From Acidovorax delafieldii (GTDB lineage Bacteria; Pseudomonadota; Gammaproteobacteria; Burkholderiales; Burkholderiaceae_C), in the NCBI GenBank assembly GCA_002377855.1, contig DFQQ01000017.1, positions 298 through 64,297 of the forward strand: a stretch of DNA of 64,000 nucleotides, in the 5' to 3' direction. Below the pieces are notes generated by a model that saw only the letters and a list, made by a program, of their open reading frames with translations, was not told the DNA's origin and searched no databases. Below are positions 22,437 to 33,342 of this stretch, piece after piece (the first letter of the stretch is position 1; every line of letters starts with the position of its first letter). The position numbers were made by a program, and so were the translations under genes.

Positions 22437-23156
22437 TCACACCGCCAGGTACTGGGCCCACAAGCTGCGGTCGGCACGCAGCGCCTGCGAGTCTCCCTGC
22501 CACACCACCCTGCCTCGCTCCAGAATCACATGGCGGTCTGCCAAGTCCATCAAGCGGTGCACGTACTTGTCCACCACCAAAATGGTCTGGCCAGCAGCCT
22601 TGAGGCCCGCCAGGCATCGCCAGATCTCTTCTCGAATGACGGGTGCCAGCCCTTCGGTGGCTTCGTCCAGGATGAGCAGCCGGGGATTGGTCGACAAAGC
22701 CCTGCCAATGGCCAGCATTTGCTGCTCGCCGCCCGAGAGTTGGTGGCCGAGGTGATTTTGGCGCTCCTTCAAACGGGGAAACACGCCGTAGATGCGATCG
22801 AGACCCCACACGTCGCGCAGGCCGCTGCGGTTGTCAGCAAAAGCCACCAGGTGTTCACGCACCGTGAGGTTGGGGAACACATGCCGCCCTTCGGGCACGA
22901 TGGCCAAGCCCAGCCGGGCGATCGCATCGCTGGGCAAACGCGTGGTGGGCTGGCCGGCAAAGTGCACGCAGCCCGCCGTGGGCCGCACTGCGCCCACCAG
23001 CGTTTTGATGGTCGTGCTTTTGCCCATCCCATTGCGGCCGAGCAGCGACACCACCTCGCCCGCAGCAATGTGCAGGTCAACGCCAAACAACACTTGGCTG
23101 GCGCCGTACCCAGCCTCCAGAGCTTGGCAACTCAATAGGGGCGGTGGCGCGCTCAT
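22437..23156 (-). CDS. livF: branched-chain amino acid ABC transporter ATP-binding protein (LivF-like)
   Basis: Walker A GRNGMGKST and signature LSGGEQQML. Overlaps the upstream gene by 4 nt. Confidence 0.88.
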   Translation of the reverse strand: MSAPPPLLSCQALEAGYGASQVLFGVDLHIAAGEVVSLLGRNGMGKSTTIKTLVGAVRPTAGCVHFAGQPTTRLPSDAIARLGLAIVPEGRHVFPNLTVREHLVAFADNRSGLRDVWGLDRIYGVFPRLKERQNHLGHQLSGGEQQMLAIGRALSTNPRLLILDEATEGLAPVIREEIWRCLAGLKAAGQTILVVDKYVHRLMDLADRHVILERGRVVWQGDSQALRADRSLWAQYLAV

Positions 23157-23911
23157 TCGGGGGTCTCCAGCGTTTCGGTGCCCAGGTACACGGCTTGCAC
23201 CTCGGCGTTGTTGCGAATCGCGTCGGGGGTGCCGCTGGTCAGCACGCGCCCATACACCAGCACCGAGATGCGGTCCGCCAGGCGGAACACGGCATCCATG
23301 TCGTGCTCGATCAGCAGCACAGCCATGTCGCGCCGCAGGGTTTCGATCAACTCCACCATCTGCAGCGATTCATCAGGGCCCATGCCGGCCATGGGCTCGT
23401 CCAGCAGCAACAGCTTGGGCGTGGCTGCCAGCGCGAGGGCCACGTCCAGCGTGCGCTGGGCACCATGCGGCAGTGCACCCGCCAGCCCGTTCAGGTTGTG
23501 CTGCAGGCCGACCCGCTCAGCCAGCTGGTCAGCGCGTTCGTACAAACCATGTGCGCTGGAGCGTGGCTGCAAGAACCGAAAGCTGGAGCCGCTGTGCGCC
23601 TGCACGGCCAGCAGCAGGTTGTCGCGCACGCTCTGGTTCAGAAAAATGCGCGTGACCTGGAAGCAGCGCGACAGGCCCAGCGCCACCCGCCGGTGCATGG
23701 GCAGGTGCGTCAGGTCTTGGCCGTCTAGCACGATGCGCCCTGCGTCTGGCGCCAACAGGCCCGATATCTGGTGGACCAATGTGGTCTTGCCCGCCCCGTT
23801 GGGGCCGATGAGCGCGTGGATTTCGCCCGGTTCCACCGTGAGGCTGACGTGGTCTGTGGCCAGCAGGCCGCCAAAGCGCTTGACCAGCCCTTGCACCTGA
23901 AAAAGGCTCAT
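23153..23911 (-). CDS. livG: branched-chain amino acid ABC transporter ATP-binding protein (LivG-like)
   Basis: Start at the ATG 23911 (MSLFQVQGLVKRFGG), forming an ATGA overlap with the permease stop. Walker A GPNGAGKTT. Confidence 0.88.
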   Translation of the reverse strand: MSLFQVQGLVKRFGGLLATDHVSLTVEPGEIHALIGPNGAGKTTLVHQISGLLAPDAGRIVLDGQDLTHLPMHRRVALGLSRCFQVTRIFLNQSVRDNLLLAVQAHSGSSFRFLQPRSSAHGLYERADQLAERVGLQHNLNGLAGALPHGAQRTLDVALALAATPKLLLLDEPMAGMGPDESLQMVELIETLRRDMAVLLIEHDMDAVFRLADRISVLVYGRVLTSGTPDAIRNNAEVQAVYLGTETLETPE

Positions 23912-24918
23912 GGTTTGCCCCTGCCCCACAGGTCGCTCAGCGCCGCCAGCCCCTTGGGGGCATAGAGGGCGGTGGCAATCAACAACAGGCCCAGGGGCAT
24001 GTGCCAGTGCGTGGTGTGCAGCTTGAGCGCCTCTTCCAGCGCCAGCCACACGGCCGCGCCCACCGGCCCGCCCCAGCGGCGCCCCAGGCCGCCAATGATC
24101 ACCATGACGATGAGCGTGGCCGACTGTGTCCAATGCATCATCGACGGGCTGACAAAGCTGTTGCCCGTGGCCAGCAGCGCGCCCGCCAGGCCGGCAATGG
24201 CACCGGCCACGACGAACGCCGTGAGCTGCAGCAGGTAGACGGGATAGCCCAGGGCGCGCATGCGGGTTTCGTTGTCACGAATACCCACCAGCGCCATGCC
24301 AAAGCGCGAGCCGACGGCCCGATCCAGCCACCACAGCAGCGCGGCGACGATGGCCAGCACCACCCAGTACAACGTGGCTTCGTCGGCCATGTCCAGCCCC
24401 ATGCCCAGCGCGGGCCGCGCCATCAGCGTGTAGCCATCGTCGCCGCCGTAGCTGCGCAGCGACACGAAAACGAAGTACAGCATCTGCGCAAACGCCAGCG
24501 TGATCATGATGAAGTACACGCCCTTGGTGCGCAGCGAAATCGAGCCGATGACCAGCGCCGCGAAAGCGGCCAACAGCGCCGCCGCAGGCCACATGGCCCA
24601 GGCCGAGGTGAACCCGGCATCACTGAGCACCACCACCGCATAGGCCCCCACGCCCATGAAGCCCGCGTGGCCCAGCGCCACCATGCCGCCAAAGCCCATG
24701 ATGAAGTTGAGGCTGGCCGCTGCCAGCGCCACCACCAGCACACGGCGCACAAAGCCGATGTAGAAATCCAGGCCCAGCGCCGCTGCCACCGGTGGAAACA
24801 AGGCCAGCGCGAGCACAATGGCCAGCGGCCATGCAGCCGCTTTCCAGCGCGCAGGCTCGGGCGGCCGGCCCGGCACGGGCCCTGAGGAAGAAATTGAAGA
24901 AGACGAAGTCGCCGGCAT
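23908..24918 (-). CDS. livM: branched-chain amino acid ABC transporter permease (LivM-like)
   Basis: 336 aa polytopic membrane protein positioned within the LIV operon. Confidence 0.85.
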   Translation of the reverse strand: MPATSSSSISSSGPVPGRPPEPARWKAAAWPLAIVLALALFPPVAAALGLDFYIGFVRRVLVVALAAASLNFIMGFGGMVALGHAGFMGVGAYAVVVLSDAGFTSAWAMWPAAALLAAFAALVIGSISLRTKGVYFIMITLAFAQMLYFVFVSLRSYGGDDGYTLMARPALGMGLDMADEATLYWVVLAIVAALLWWLDRAVGSRFGMALVGIRDNETRMRALGYPVYLLQLTAFVVAGAIAGLAGALLATGNSFVSPSMMHWTQSATLIVMVIIGGLGRRWGGPVGAAVWLALEEALKLHTTHWHMPLGLLLIATALYAPKGLAALSDLWGRGKP

Positions 24919-24939
24919 AAAAAAAGGCTCAAAAAGGGC

Positions 24940-25860
24940 TCAGGCTTTCGCAGAAAAGAGCCCCGCAGGGCGGAAAGCCAGCACCGCGGCCATCAAGGCA
25001 TACATGGACACTTCGGCAAACAGCGGCCCCAGGTCGGCCGCCAAGGCCGGGGGCAGCGTGGCGCGCAGCAGCAGGGGCAAAAAGGCACGCCCAATCGTGT
25101 CCACCAGCCCCACCAGCAACGCCGCCACGAAAGCCCCGCGCATGGAGCCGATGCCGCCGATGACGATGACCACCAGCGCCGGGATCAAAATCGATTCACC
25201 CATGCCCACCTGCACCGCCACCAAGGGACCCATGAGCGCACCGGCCAGCGCCGCCAGGGCGGCGCCCAGCACAAAAATGCCGCTGAAGATGCGCTTGACG
25301 CGCACACCCATGAGTTCGGCCATCCAACGGTTGGATGCGCCCGCGCGCACCAGCATGCCCACGCGGCTGTGGTTGACCAGCAGGTACAGCAGCAGCGCCA
25401 CCAGCACCCCGGCGCCCAGCACCAGCAGCCGGTACGAGGGGTAAGGCAGGCCCGCGAACAGCTCCACCGGCCCCGCCAACGCCGCTGGGGCTGACGCCAT
25501 CACGGGCGAGGGGCCCCAGATCATCTTCACCGCGTCGTCCGCCACCAAAATGACGCCAAACGTGGCCAGTACCTGCGCCAGGTGGTCGCGCCCATACAAG
25601 CGGCGCATGAGCGTGACTTCCAGCAGCGCCGCCACTGCGGCCGTCACCACCACCGCCACACCCACCGCCAGCGCAAACGAGCCCGACTGCACATGCACCT
25701 GCGCCGCCACGTACGCACCCACCATGAACAGCGAGCCGTGCGACAGGTTCAGCACGTCCATCACGCCAAAGACCAGCGTCAGGCCCGCGGCAATCAGAAA
25801 CAGCATGAGCCCGTAGCCCGCACCGTTGAGCAACTGCTCAAAAACAAGAATGGCGTTCAT
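24940..25860 (-). CDS. livH: branched-chain amino acid ABC transporter permease (LivH-like)
   Basis: Start trimmed to the ATG at 25860 (MNAILVFEQLLNG). Polytopic membrane protein. Confidence 0.85.
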   Translation of the reverse strand: MNAILVFEQLLNGAGYGLMLFLIAAGLTLVFGVMDVLNLSHGSLFMVGAYVAAQVHVQSGSFALAVGVAVVVTAAVAALLEVTLMRRLYGRDHLAQVLATFGVILVADDAVKMIWGPSPVMASAPAALAGPVELFAGLPYPSYRLLVLGAGVLVALLLYLLVNHSRVGMLVRAGASNRWMAELMGVRVKRIFSGIFVLGAALAALAGALMGPLVAVQVGMGESILIPALVVIVIGGIGSMRGAFVAALLVGLVDTIGRAFLPLLLRATLPPALAADLGPLFAEVSMYALMAAVLAFRPAGLFSAKA

Positions 25861-25967
25861 GGCAAGACGGCGGTGCGGGAATGGAAAGGCACAGCCATGC
25901 AAAGGGCGCGACGCTGGGTCATAGGGGCGTGGGCAGGCGAAACGGGTGGCTTACGGCAGGGGCAAGT

Positions 25968-27191
25968 TCACTTCAGCTTGCACTGGGCGGCGTACGCGTC
26001 GCCGTAGTTCTCCAGCACCGTGCGGATGGTCTTGTTGGTCACGCGGCCTTCGGCGTTTTTGCCGATGCTGCGCAGGTAGAAGTTCTGCACCGGGAAGTGG
26101 TTGTTGGCGTAACGGAAATTACCGCGCACCGACGGGAACTGCGCCTTGGCAATCGCCTTGGTCAGCGCTTCCTTGTCATTCACCTTGCCGCCAGCGGCCT
26201 TCACCGCGGCGTCCATGGCCATGATCACGTCATAGGCTTGCGCGGCATACAGCGAAGGGTAACGGCCACCGTATTCCTTGCGGAAGGCGGCCACGAAGGC
26301 CTTGTTGGCGGCGTTGTCCAGGTCATGCGCCCAATGGGTGGTGTTGAACAGGCCCAGCATGGGCTCGCCCACCGCGCCAATCACGTCTTCGTCCGACGAA
26401 AAACCGCTGGTGACCAGGGTGATGTCCTTGGACAGCCCCGCCCCCACAAACTGCTTGATGAAGTTGATGCCCATGGCACCGGGCAGGAAGAAGTACACCG
26501 CGTCAGGCTTGGCGGCGCGCAGCTGGGCCAGCTCTGTCGCGTAGTCGATCTGGCCCACCTTGGTGTAGATCTCGTCGGCCACCTGACCCTTGAACTTGCG
26601 CTTGAAGCCGGTGAGCGAATCTTTTCCCGCAGGGTAGTTGGGGGCGATCAGCACCATGCGGCCAAACTTCTGGTCGGCCGCAAACTGGCCGGCGGCTTCG
26701 TGGAACTGGTCGTTCTGGTAGGCCGTGCCGAAAAAATACGGGTTGCACTGTGCGCCCGCCAGCTGGCTGGGGCCGGCGTTGTTCGACAGGTAGGGCACCT
26801 TGGCGGCAAACAGTGTGGGCGCCACGGCCAGGGCCACGTTGCTGGCGATGGGCCCGGTGAACAGGTCGATCTTTTCGCGCTGCACAAAGCGGTCTACCAG
26901 CTGCTTGGCCTGGTCGGGGCTGCCCGCCATGTCGGTCTGAACAAACTCTGCGGGCTGGCCACCCAGCTTGCTGCCGAGTTGCTTGATGGCCAACGCGAAC
27001 CCGTCGCGTGCCTCGGCCCCCGGCCCGGCGAAAGGCCCTGATACATCCAGCGCAACGCCCACCTTGATCGGCGAGCCCTGTGCATGGGCCGACACACCGA
27101 CACCGACACCGGCGGCCAAGGTTGCCAGCGCGGTCAGGTGGGCCACGCGGCGCAGCGTTTTACCGCAGAAAGATCGAAATTGGGGTGCCAT
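25968..27191 (-). CDS. ABC transporter substrate-binding protein (Leu/Ile/Val-binding family)
   Basis: The real start is the in-frame ATG 27191 (MAPQFRSF...), with a signal peptide ending AHAQG. The rest of ORF 25968..27836 is a non-coding 5' extension. Confidence 0.88.
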   Translation of the reverse strand: MAPQFRSFCGKTLRRVAHLTALATLAAGVGVGVSAHAQGSPIKVGVALDVSGPFAGPGAEARDGFALAIKQLGSKLGGQPAEFVQTDMAGSPDQAKQLVDRFVQREKIDLFTGPIASNVALAVAPTLFAAKVPYLSNNAGPSQLAGAQCNPYFFGTAYQNDQFHEAAGQFAADQKFGRMVLIAPNYPAGKDSLTGFKRKFKGQVADEIYTKVGQIDYATELAQLRAAKPDAVYFFLPGAMGINFIKQFVGAGLSKDITLVTSGFSSDEDVIGAVGEPMLGLFNTTHWAHDLDNAANKAFVAAFRKEYGGRYPSLYAAQAYDVIMAMDAAVKAAGGKVNDKEALTKAIAKAQFPSVRGNFRYANNHFPVQNFYLRSIGKNAEGRVTNKTIRTVLENYGDAYAAQCKLK

Positions 27192-27515
27192 CGTCAGTCC
27201 TATCGGAAAAGTGAAACGGGAGCGAGACGCGAATGCTACAGCCCTGCCAGGGCTTGCCCAGCCGGTAGAACCCGAAGGAGAGGTGGGCCGTGCGATTTCA
27301 GTGCACTCGGGTGGGAAGGCTGCAACTCGGCGGTAGCACCCGGCCCACGGCTGCAGACTCCTGCGTGACAGCGTGCCGCCCTCGCGCCGGGTGCTGCAAC
27401 GTAACATTGACGTGACCAAAGAGCTGCCGCGCCACTTCCCCTGGATCGGGGACCGCGCGCAGCGGCCTCGTTGCGCCATTGCACCGTTCGTTGTTGCGCT
27501 CACCTGCACATCTCC

Positions 27516-28418
27516 ATGTACCAAGCCATTCAACCGCTGCGCAGCAGCACATTGCCCCTGAGGCACCTGAACTACCACGTCAACCACTGGGGGCCGGAAG
27601 AAAGCCCCCTGCCTGCGCTGGTGCTGTTGCACGGCTGGATGGATGTGGGAGCCTCCTACCAATTCACGGTAGACGCGCTGCGCCAACAGCGACTCATTCT
27701 GGCGCCCGACTGGCGCGGCTTCGGGCAGACCAGCAGGCTGCAGGCCGATCATTACGTTTTTGCAGACTACCTGGCCGATCTGGACATGCTGCTCGACCAT
27801 TACGCGCCGGGGCAGGCCGTGGACCTGGTGGGCCACAGCATGGGGGGCAACGTGGCCATGATGTACGCCGGCGTGCGGCCCGAGCGCATTCGAAGGCTGG
27901 TCAATCTGGAGGGCTTTGGCTTGCCGGCCACCCGTCCGTCACAGGCACCCACCCGCTTCGCCCAGTGGATCGACGAGATCAAGCAGCTGCACCAGGGTGA
28001 AAAAAGCCTGAAAACCTATGACGATGCCCACGGTGTGGCTCAACGCTTGATGAAGACCAACCCCCGCCTTACGCAAGACAAGGCCGATTGGCTGGCGCAG
28101 CACTGGGCCAAGCCCAACGCGCAGGGCCAGTGGGAAATCCTGGGCGACCCTGCGCACAAAGTCACCAGCGCCCAGCTGTTCCGCGTGGACGAGGTGCTGG
28201 CCCTGTACGCACGCATCACGGCCCCGGTGCTGGCGGTGGAAGCCAGCGGCGACAGCCTGGGCCAGTGGTGGAAAGGCCGGTACAGCCTGGCGGAGTACCA
28301 CGAGCGGCTCACCCACGTGCCCGACTGCCGCATTGCCGTGGTGCAGGACGCAGGGCACATGCTCCACCACGACCAGCCCGAGGCCGTGGCACGGTTGATC
28401 GAGGATTTTCTGGCTTGA
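27516..28418 (+). CDS. alpha/beta-fold hydrolase
   Basis: Nucleophile elbow GHSMGG, HGW oxyanion region, and C-terminal GHMLHHD. ATG at 27516. Confidence 0.8.
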   Translation: MYQAIQPLRSSTLPLRHLNYHVNHWGPEESPLPALVLLHGWMDVGASYQFTVDALRQQRLILAPDWRGFGQTSRLQADHYVFADYLADLDMLLDHYAPGQAVDLVGHSMGGNVAMMYAGVRPERIRRLVNLEGFGLPATRPSQAPTRFAQWIDEIKQLHQGEKSLKTYDDAHGVAQRLMKTNPRLTQDKADWLAQHWAKPNAQGQWEILGDPAHKVTSAQLFRVDEVLALYARITAPVLAVEASGDSLGQWWKGRYSLAEYHERLTHVPDCRIAVVQDAGHMLHHDQPEAVARLIEDFLA

Positions 28419-28434
28419 GGCCGTTGATGGGAGT

Positions 28435-28496
28435 TATGGATCAAAAATGGCCATAGCGCTTATTGGTAAAGCGCAAGCAGCTATATTATTTATAGC
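28435..28496. repeat. ~60-bp intergenic repeat, copy 2
   Basis: See 22325-22384. Contains the internal hairpin AGCGCTTA-ttgg-TAAAGCGC. Confidence 0.6.
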
Positions 28497-28765
28497 GCTT
28501 AAACTTGCCAACCACGCGTGACTGTGTGGAATTTCCCAGGCAATGGCAGCAACTTGCGGCGTTGGCGTGCCTACCAATGGCCGAGCTATTGGCTACCCGC
28601 CGCGCCTGGTATCCCATTGCGGCAAGGTACTTGCGCGACCCCGCAAAGATCGCAAACAGGCCCTCAGGCCGCGCGGCTATTCCTCTCTTTGGAGGGGAGA
28701 TCGGGCGGCGCAGCGTACCGTGAGAAAATCGCCGGTTAATTCACAGAACACCCAGGACGCACACC

Positions 28766-29870
28766 ATGGACGCAGAACGCATCAACCTCATCGGCACCAC
28801 CTTGGCAGACCTGAGCACCCGCACCCAAGAGTTACGGAGGTATCTTTGACTTCGATGCCAAATTCGAACGTCTGAGAACCGTCAACGCATCGTTGGAAGA
28901 TCCTTCGGTCTGGAACGACCCGAAGAAGGCCCAGGAACTGGGCAAGGAACAAAAATCGCTCTCTGGCGTGGTCGTCACGCTGGACAAGCTCACCCGCGAG
29001 CTGGCCGACAACGCCGAGCTGTACGAGATGAGCAAGGAAGAAGGCGACGAAGCCGGTCTGATCACGATCGAGGGCGAGGCAGACAAGCTGCGCCCGCTGA
29101 TCGAAGAGCTGGAGTTCCGCCGCATGTTCAGCAACGAAGCCGACCCGCTGAACTGCTTTGTGGACATCCAGGCCGGCGCCGGTGGCACTGAAGCGTGCGA
29201 CTGGGCCAGCATGCTGCTGCGCCAGTACCTCAAGTACGCCGAGCGCAAGGGCTTCAAGGCCACGGTGGAAGAAGAAACTGCGGGCGACGTGGCGGGCATC
29301 AAGAGCGCCACGATCAAGATCGAAGGCGAATATGCCTATGGCCTGCTGCGCACCGAAACCGGCGTGCACCGTCTGGTGCGCAAGAGCCCGTTCGACAGCT
29401 CCGGCGGTCGCCACACCTCGTTCGCATCGCTGTTCGTCTACCCCGAGATTGATGACTCGATCGAGATCAACATCAACCCCGCCGACGTGCGCACCGACAC
29501 CTACCGCGCATCCGGCGCGGGTGGCCAGCACATCAACAAGACCGACTCGGCCGTGCGCCTGACCCACATGCCCACCGGCATCGTGGTGCAGTGCCAGGAC
29601 GGCCGCAGCCAGCACAGCAACCGCGATGTGGCGTGGCAACGCCTGCGCAGCCGCCTGTACGACTACGAAATGCGCAAGCGCCAGGAAGAGCAACAGAAGC
29701 TGGAGGACACCAAGACCGATGTGGGCTGGGGCCACCAGATTCGCTCGTATGTGCTGGACAACAGCCGCATCAAGGACTTGCGCACCAACGTGGAAGTCTC
29801 GGCCACGCAGAAGGTGCTGGACGGAGACCTCGATGTATTCATCGAGGCATCGCTCAAGCAGGGCGTGTGA
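28766..29870 (+). CDS. prfB: peptide chain release factor 2, made by a programmed +1 frameshift (join 28766..28846, 28848..29870)
   Basis: Frame 0 reads [27 protein letters not shown] then TGA at 28847-28849. The +1 frame continues [25 protein letters not shown] into ORF 28893..29870. The RF2 SPF motif (RKSPFDS) and GGQ motif ([13 protein letters not shown]) are present. Confidence 0.93.
28836..28850 (+). promoter_or_regulatory. prfB +1 frameshift site with internal Shine-Dalgarno
   Basis: GGAGG-tat-CTT-TGA-C is the canonical autoregulatory RF2 recoding cassette. Confidence 0.9.
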
Positions 29871-29928
29871 TGCGCCTGCCGCTGCAGCCGTTGCGCTGCG
29901 CTGCCCTGGCCATGTGTGGACGCGCGGC

Positions 29929-30612
29929 ATGAACCGCGTCCCCGCTCAGGCCATCATCTTCGACATGGATGGCACCATGATCGACTCCATGCCCTGGCAC
30001 GCCCAGGCGTGGGTCGAATTTGCGCGCCGCCGCAGCATGGCCCTGGACGTGCCCGACCTGATGGCCCGCACCACCGGGCGCAATGGCACCGAGTGCATCC
30101 GCGAACTGCTGGGCCGCGACGTGCCCCAGGACGAAGCCGATGCCCTGACGCGCGAGAAGGAAGACATCTACCGTGCGCTGTTCGGCCCGCGTTTCGCTGA
30201 AGTGGCGGGCTTTCGCCAGTTTGCACGCCAAGTGACTGACCGCGGCTTGAAGGTGGCGGTGGGCACGGCGGGCGACATCCACAACGTGCACTTTGCCCTG
30301 TCGCACCTGCAGATGGACGCTCAGCCACTGGCCATTGTGCGAGGAGACGAAGGCCTGCCGGGCAAGCCCGAGCCAGCCATTTTTCTGGAAGCCGCCCGCA
30401 GGCTGGCTGTGGCGCCGCAGCACTGTATTGTTTTCGAAGACGCCCCTTTCGGCATTGAAGCCGCCCGCCGTGCAGGCATGCACGCCGTGGCCGTGTGCAG
30501 CACCCACAGCCCCCAGCAACTGGCGGGGCCCCATGTGCTGGCCGCCGTGCGCGATTACACCGAACTCATGAACACCGACTTTCTGGAGAGCATCCATGTT
30601 GCAACTGTCTAA
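29929..30612 (+). CDS. HAD-family hydrolase (beta-phosphoglucomutase-like)
   Basis: In-frame ATG at 29929 (MNRVPAQAIIFDMDGTMIDS) with the DxDxT motif. The upstream part of ORF 29626..30612 overlaps the prfB 3' end and is not credible. Confidence 0.82.
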   Translation: MNRVPAQAIIFDMDGTMIDSMPWHAQAWVEFARRRSMALDVPDLMARTTGRNGTECIRELLGRDVPQDEADALTREKEDIYRALFGPRFAEVAGFRQFARQVTDRGLKVAVGTAGDIHNVHFALSHLQMDAQPLAIVRGDEGLPGKPEPAIFLEAARRLAVAPQHCIVFEDAPFGIEAARRAGMHAVAVCSTHSPQQLAGPHVLAAVRDYTELMNTDFLESIHVATV

Positions 30613-33325
30613 AGAAGATGGACAGGCCGCGCCTGTAGCCATCCGCCGCGAAGACTACACCGCCCCCGCCTATTGGATCGACAGCGTTGAGCTCACGTTC
30701 GACCTGGACCCCGCCAAGACCCGCGTGCTCAACCGCATGACGCTGCGCCGCAACGCCGATGTACCCGAGCAGCCCCTGCGTCTGCATGGCGAAGACCTGA
30801 ATCTGGCCCGCGTGCTGGTCAACGGCCAGGGGACATCGTTCAAGATGGACGGTGGCCAGCTCGTGCTGGAAAACCTGCCCGAGGGGGCCGACGCATTCGC
30901 CCTCGAGATCTTCACCACCTGCGCGCCCGCCAAGAACACCAAGCTCATGGGCCTGTACGTGAGCAACGATTCGTTCTTCACGCAGTGCGAGGCAGAGGGC
31001 TTCCGCCGCATCACCTACTTCCTGGACCGCCCGGATGTGATGGCCAGCTACACCGTGACGCTGCGCGCCGACAAGGCGCAATACCCCGTGCTGCTGAGTA
31101 ACGGCAATCTGGTGGACAGTGGCGACCTGGAAGACGGCCGCCACTTTGCCAAATGGGTGGACCCGCACAAGAAGCCTTGCTATCTGTTCGCCCTGGTGGC
31201 TGGCAAGCTGGTGGCGCGCGAGCAGAAAATCCGCACCCGTGCGGGCACCGATCACCTGCTGCAGGTGTATGTGCGCCCCGGCGATCTGGGCAAGACCGAG
31301 CACGCCATGAACTCCCTGATGGCGAGCATCGCGTGGGATGAAGCGCGCTTCGGCCTGCCGCTAGACCTGGAGCGCTTCATGATCGTCGCCACCAGCGACT
31401 TCAACATGGGCGCCATGGAAAATAAGGGCCTGAACATCTTCAACACGAAGTACGTTCTGGCCAGCGAAGCCACCGCCACTGACATCGACTTTGCCAACAT
31501 CGAAAGCGTGGTGGGCCACGAGTACTTCCACAACTGGACAGGCAACCGCGTGACCTGCCGCGACTGGTTCCAGCTGAGCCTGAAGGAAGGCCTCACGGTC
31601 TTCCGCGACCAGGAGTTCAGCATGGACCTGGCCGGCAGTCCCTCGGCCCGCGCCGTCAAGCGCATCGAAGACGTGCGCGTGCTGCGCACCGCCCAGTTCC
31701 CCGAAGACGCAGGCCCCATGGCCCACCCGGTGCGGCCCGACAGCTACGTCGAGATCAACAACTTCTACACCGTCACTATCTACGAAAAAGGCTCCGAGGT
31801 CGTGCGCATGCAGCACAACCTGGTCGGCCGCGACGGTTTTGCCAAGGGCATGAAGCTGTACTTTGAGCGCCACGACGGCCAGGCCGTGACCTGCGACGAC
31901 TTTGTGCAGGCGATTGCCGACGCCAATCCCGCCAGCCCGTTGGCGCAACACCTGCCGCAGTTCAAGCGCTGGTACAGCCAGGCAGGCACGCCCCGCGTGC
32001 GCGCCACGGGCGTGTACGACACGGCCACACGCAGCTACACACTCACGCTGTCGCAAAGCTGCCCCGCCACGCCCGGCCAGCCCAGCAAAGAGCCGTTTGT
32101 GATTCCGGTGGAGTTGGGGCTGCTCAGCGCATCGGGCGCCCCTCTGCCCCTGCAGCTGGAAGGCACCACGGCCACCGGCGCCACTTCGCAGGTGCTGGTG
32201 TTGACCGAAGCCTCGCAAACCTTCACCTTCACCAACTTGGACGGCGCCCCCGTCCCCTCGCTGCTGCGCAACTTCAGCGCTCCGGTGGTGCTGGACATCG
32301 ACTACACCGATGCCGAACTGCTGACCCTGCTGGCGCACGACACCGACGCCTTCAACCGCTGGGAAGCAGGCCAACGCCTGGCACTGCGCCTTGCTATCAA
32401 TCACATAGCTGGCAGCGCTGATCTGGCGGGCGCTACAGGCAATTTTGAGCCCAAACTTTTAGGCACGGCCTTCGTAGACGCCATGCGCGCCGTGCTGCGC
32501 CACCCCGCCCTGGATGCGGCCTTCAAGGAGCTGGTGCTCACCCTGCCGTCCGAAACCTACATCGCCGAGCAACTGGACGTGGTGGACCCGCAGCGCATCC
32601 ACGCCGTGCGCGAAGCCATGCGCACCGAACTGGCGATGGCCTTGCAGCCTGATTGGGAATGGGCCTGGGAACAGCACCAGAACACTGGCGGCTACCGGCC
32701 CGACAGCGTGTCTGCAGGCCGCCGCGCCCTCAGCGGCATGGCCCTGCACATGCTGTGCATCGCCGCGCAGATCACGGGCGACGCCGTCTGGCCCGGCAAG
32801 GCCTACCAGCGCTTCAAGGATGCGGGCAACATGACCGACCGCTTCAACGCGCTCACTGCCCTGGTGGCCAGCGGCCACGAGTTGGCTGCCCCGGCCCTGG
32901 CCCGCTTCCACGCCCTGTTCAAGGACGAGCCGCTGGTCATCGACAAGTGGTTTGCCCTGCAGGCCGGTGCGCCCGACCGGGGCGGCAGCATCCTGCCCAT
33001 CGTGCGCCAGCTGATGCAGCATCCGGATTTCAGCCTCAAGAACCCCAACCGCGCACGCAGCGTGATCTTCAGCTACTGCAACGCGAACCCCGGCGCCTTT
33101 CACCGCCACGATGCCGGTGGCTACGTCTTCTGGGGCGACCGCGTCATTGAGCTCGACGCCATCAACCCCCAGGTGGCCGCCCGCCTGGCCCGCGCGCTGG
33201 ATCGGTGGAAAAAACTGGCCGATCCGTGGCGCACCGCGGCACGCGAAGCGGTCGCCCGCGTGGCAGCCCGCGAAGGCCTGAGCAACGACGTGCGCGAGGT
33301 TGTCAACCGCGCACTGGCTGAATAA
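30596..33325 (+). CDS. pepN: aminopeptidase N
   Basis: 909 aa with GAMEN and [10 protein letters not shown] (HExxH) motifs. Confidence 0.95.
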   Translation: MLQLSKEDGQAAPVAIRREDYTAPAYWIDSVELTFDLDPAKTRVLNRMTLRRNADVPEQPLRLHGEDLNLARVLVNGQGTSFKMDGGQLVLENLPEGADAFALEIFTTCAPAKNTKLMGLYVSNDSFFTQCEAEGFRRITYFLDRPDVMASYTVTLRADKAQYPVLLSNGNLVDSGDLEDGRHFAKWVDPHKKPCYLFALVAGKLVAREQKIRTRAGTDHLLQVYVRPGDLGKTEHAMNSLMASIAWDEARFGLPLDLERFMIVATSDFNMGAMENKGLNIFNTKYVLASEATATDIDFANIESVVGHEYFHNWTGNRVTCRDWFQLSLKEGLTVFRDQEFSMDLAGSPSARAVKRIEDVRVLRTAQFPEDAGPMAHPVRPDSYVEINNFYTVTIYEKGSEVVRMQHNLVGRDGFAKGMKLYFERHDGQAVTCDDFVQAIADANPASPLAQHLPQFKRWYSQAGTPRVRATGVYDTATRSYTLTLSQSCPATPGQPSKEPFVIPVELGLLSASGAPLPLQLEGTTATGATSQVLVLTEASQTFTFTNLDGAPVPSLLRNFSAPVVLDIDYTDAELLTLLAHDTDAFNRWEAGQRLALRLAINHIAGSADLAGATGNFEPKLLGTAFVDAMRAVLRHPALDAAFKELVLTLPSETYIAEQLDVVDPQRIHAVREAMRTELAMALQPDWEWAWEQHQNTGGYRPDSVSAGRRALSGMALHMLCIAAQITGDAVWPGKAYQRFKDAGNMTDRFNALTALVASGHELAAPALARFHALFKDEPLVIDKWFALQAGAPDRGGSILPIVRQLMQHPDFSLKNPNRARSVIFSYCNANPGAFHRHDAGGYVFWGDRVIELDAINPQVAARLARALDRWKKLADPWRTAAREAVARVAAREGLSNDVREVVNRALAE

Positions 33326-33342
33326 ACAAGGAGAACGACCCC

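Noticed and set aside
25881-27836. A 386-aa plus-strand ORF and the 622-aa extended form of the binding-protein ORF
   Set aside because: The plus-strand ORF is antisense to the substrate-binding protein gene. The 215-aa N-terminal extension has no signal peptide or RBS logic, whereas the ATG at 27191 gives a classic signal peptide.
28788-29930. A 380-aa minus-strand ORF covering prfB
   Set aside because: It is an antisense shadow ORF typical of high-GC DNA. It has a biased Ala/Gly/Val/His composition and no motifs, whereas the plus strand encodes RF2 with SPF/GGQ motifs and the frameshift cassette.
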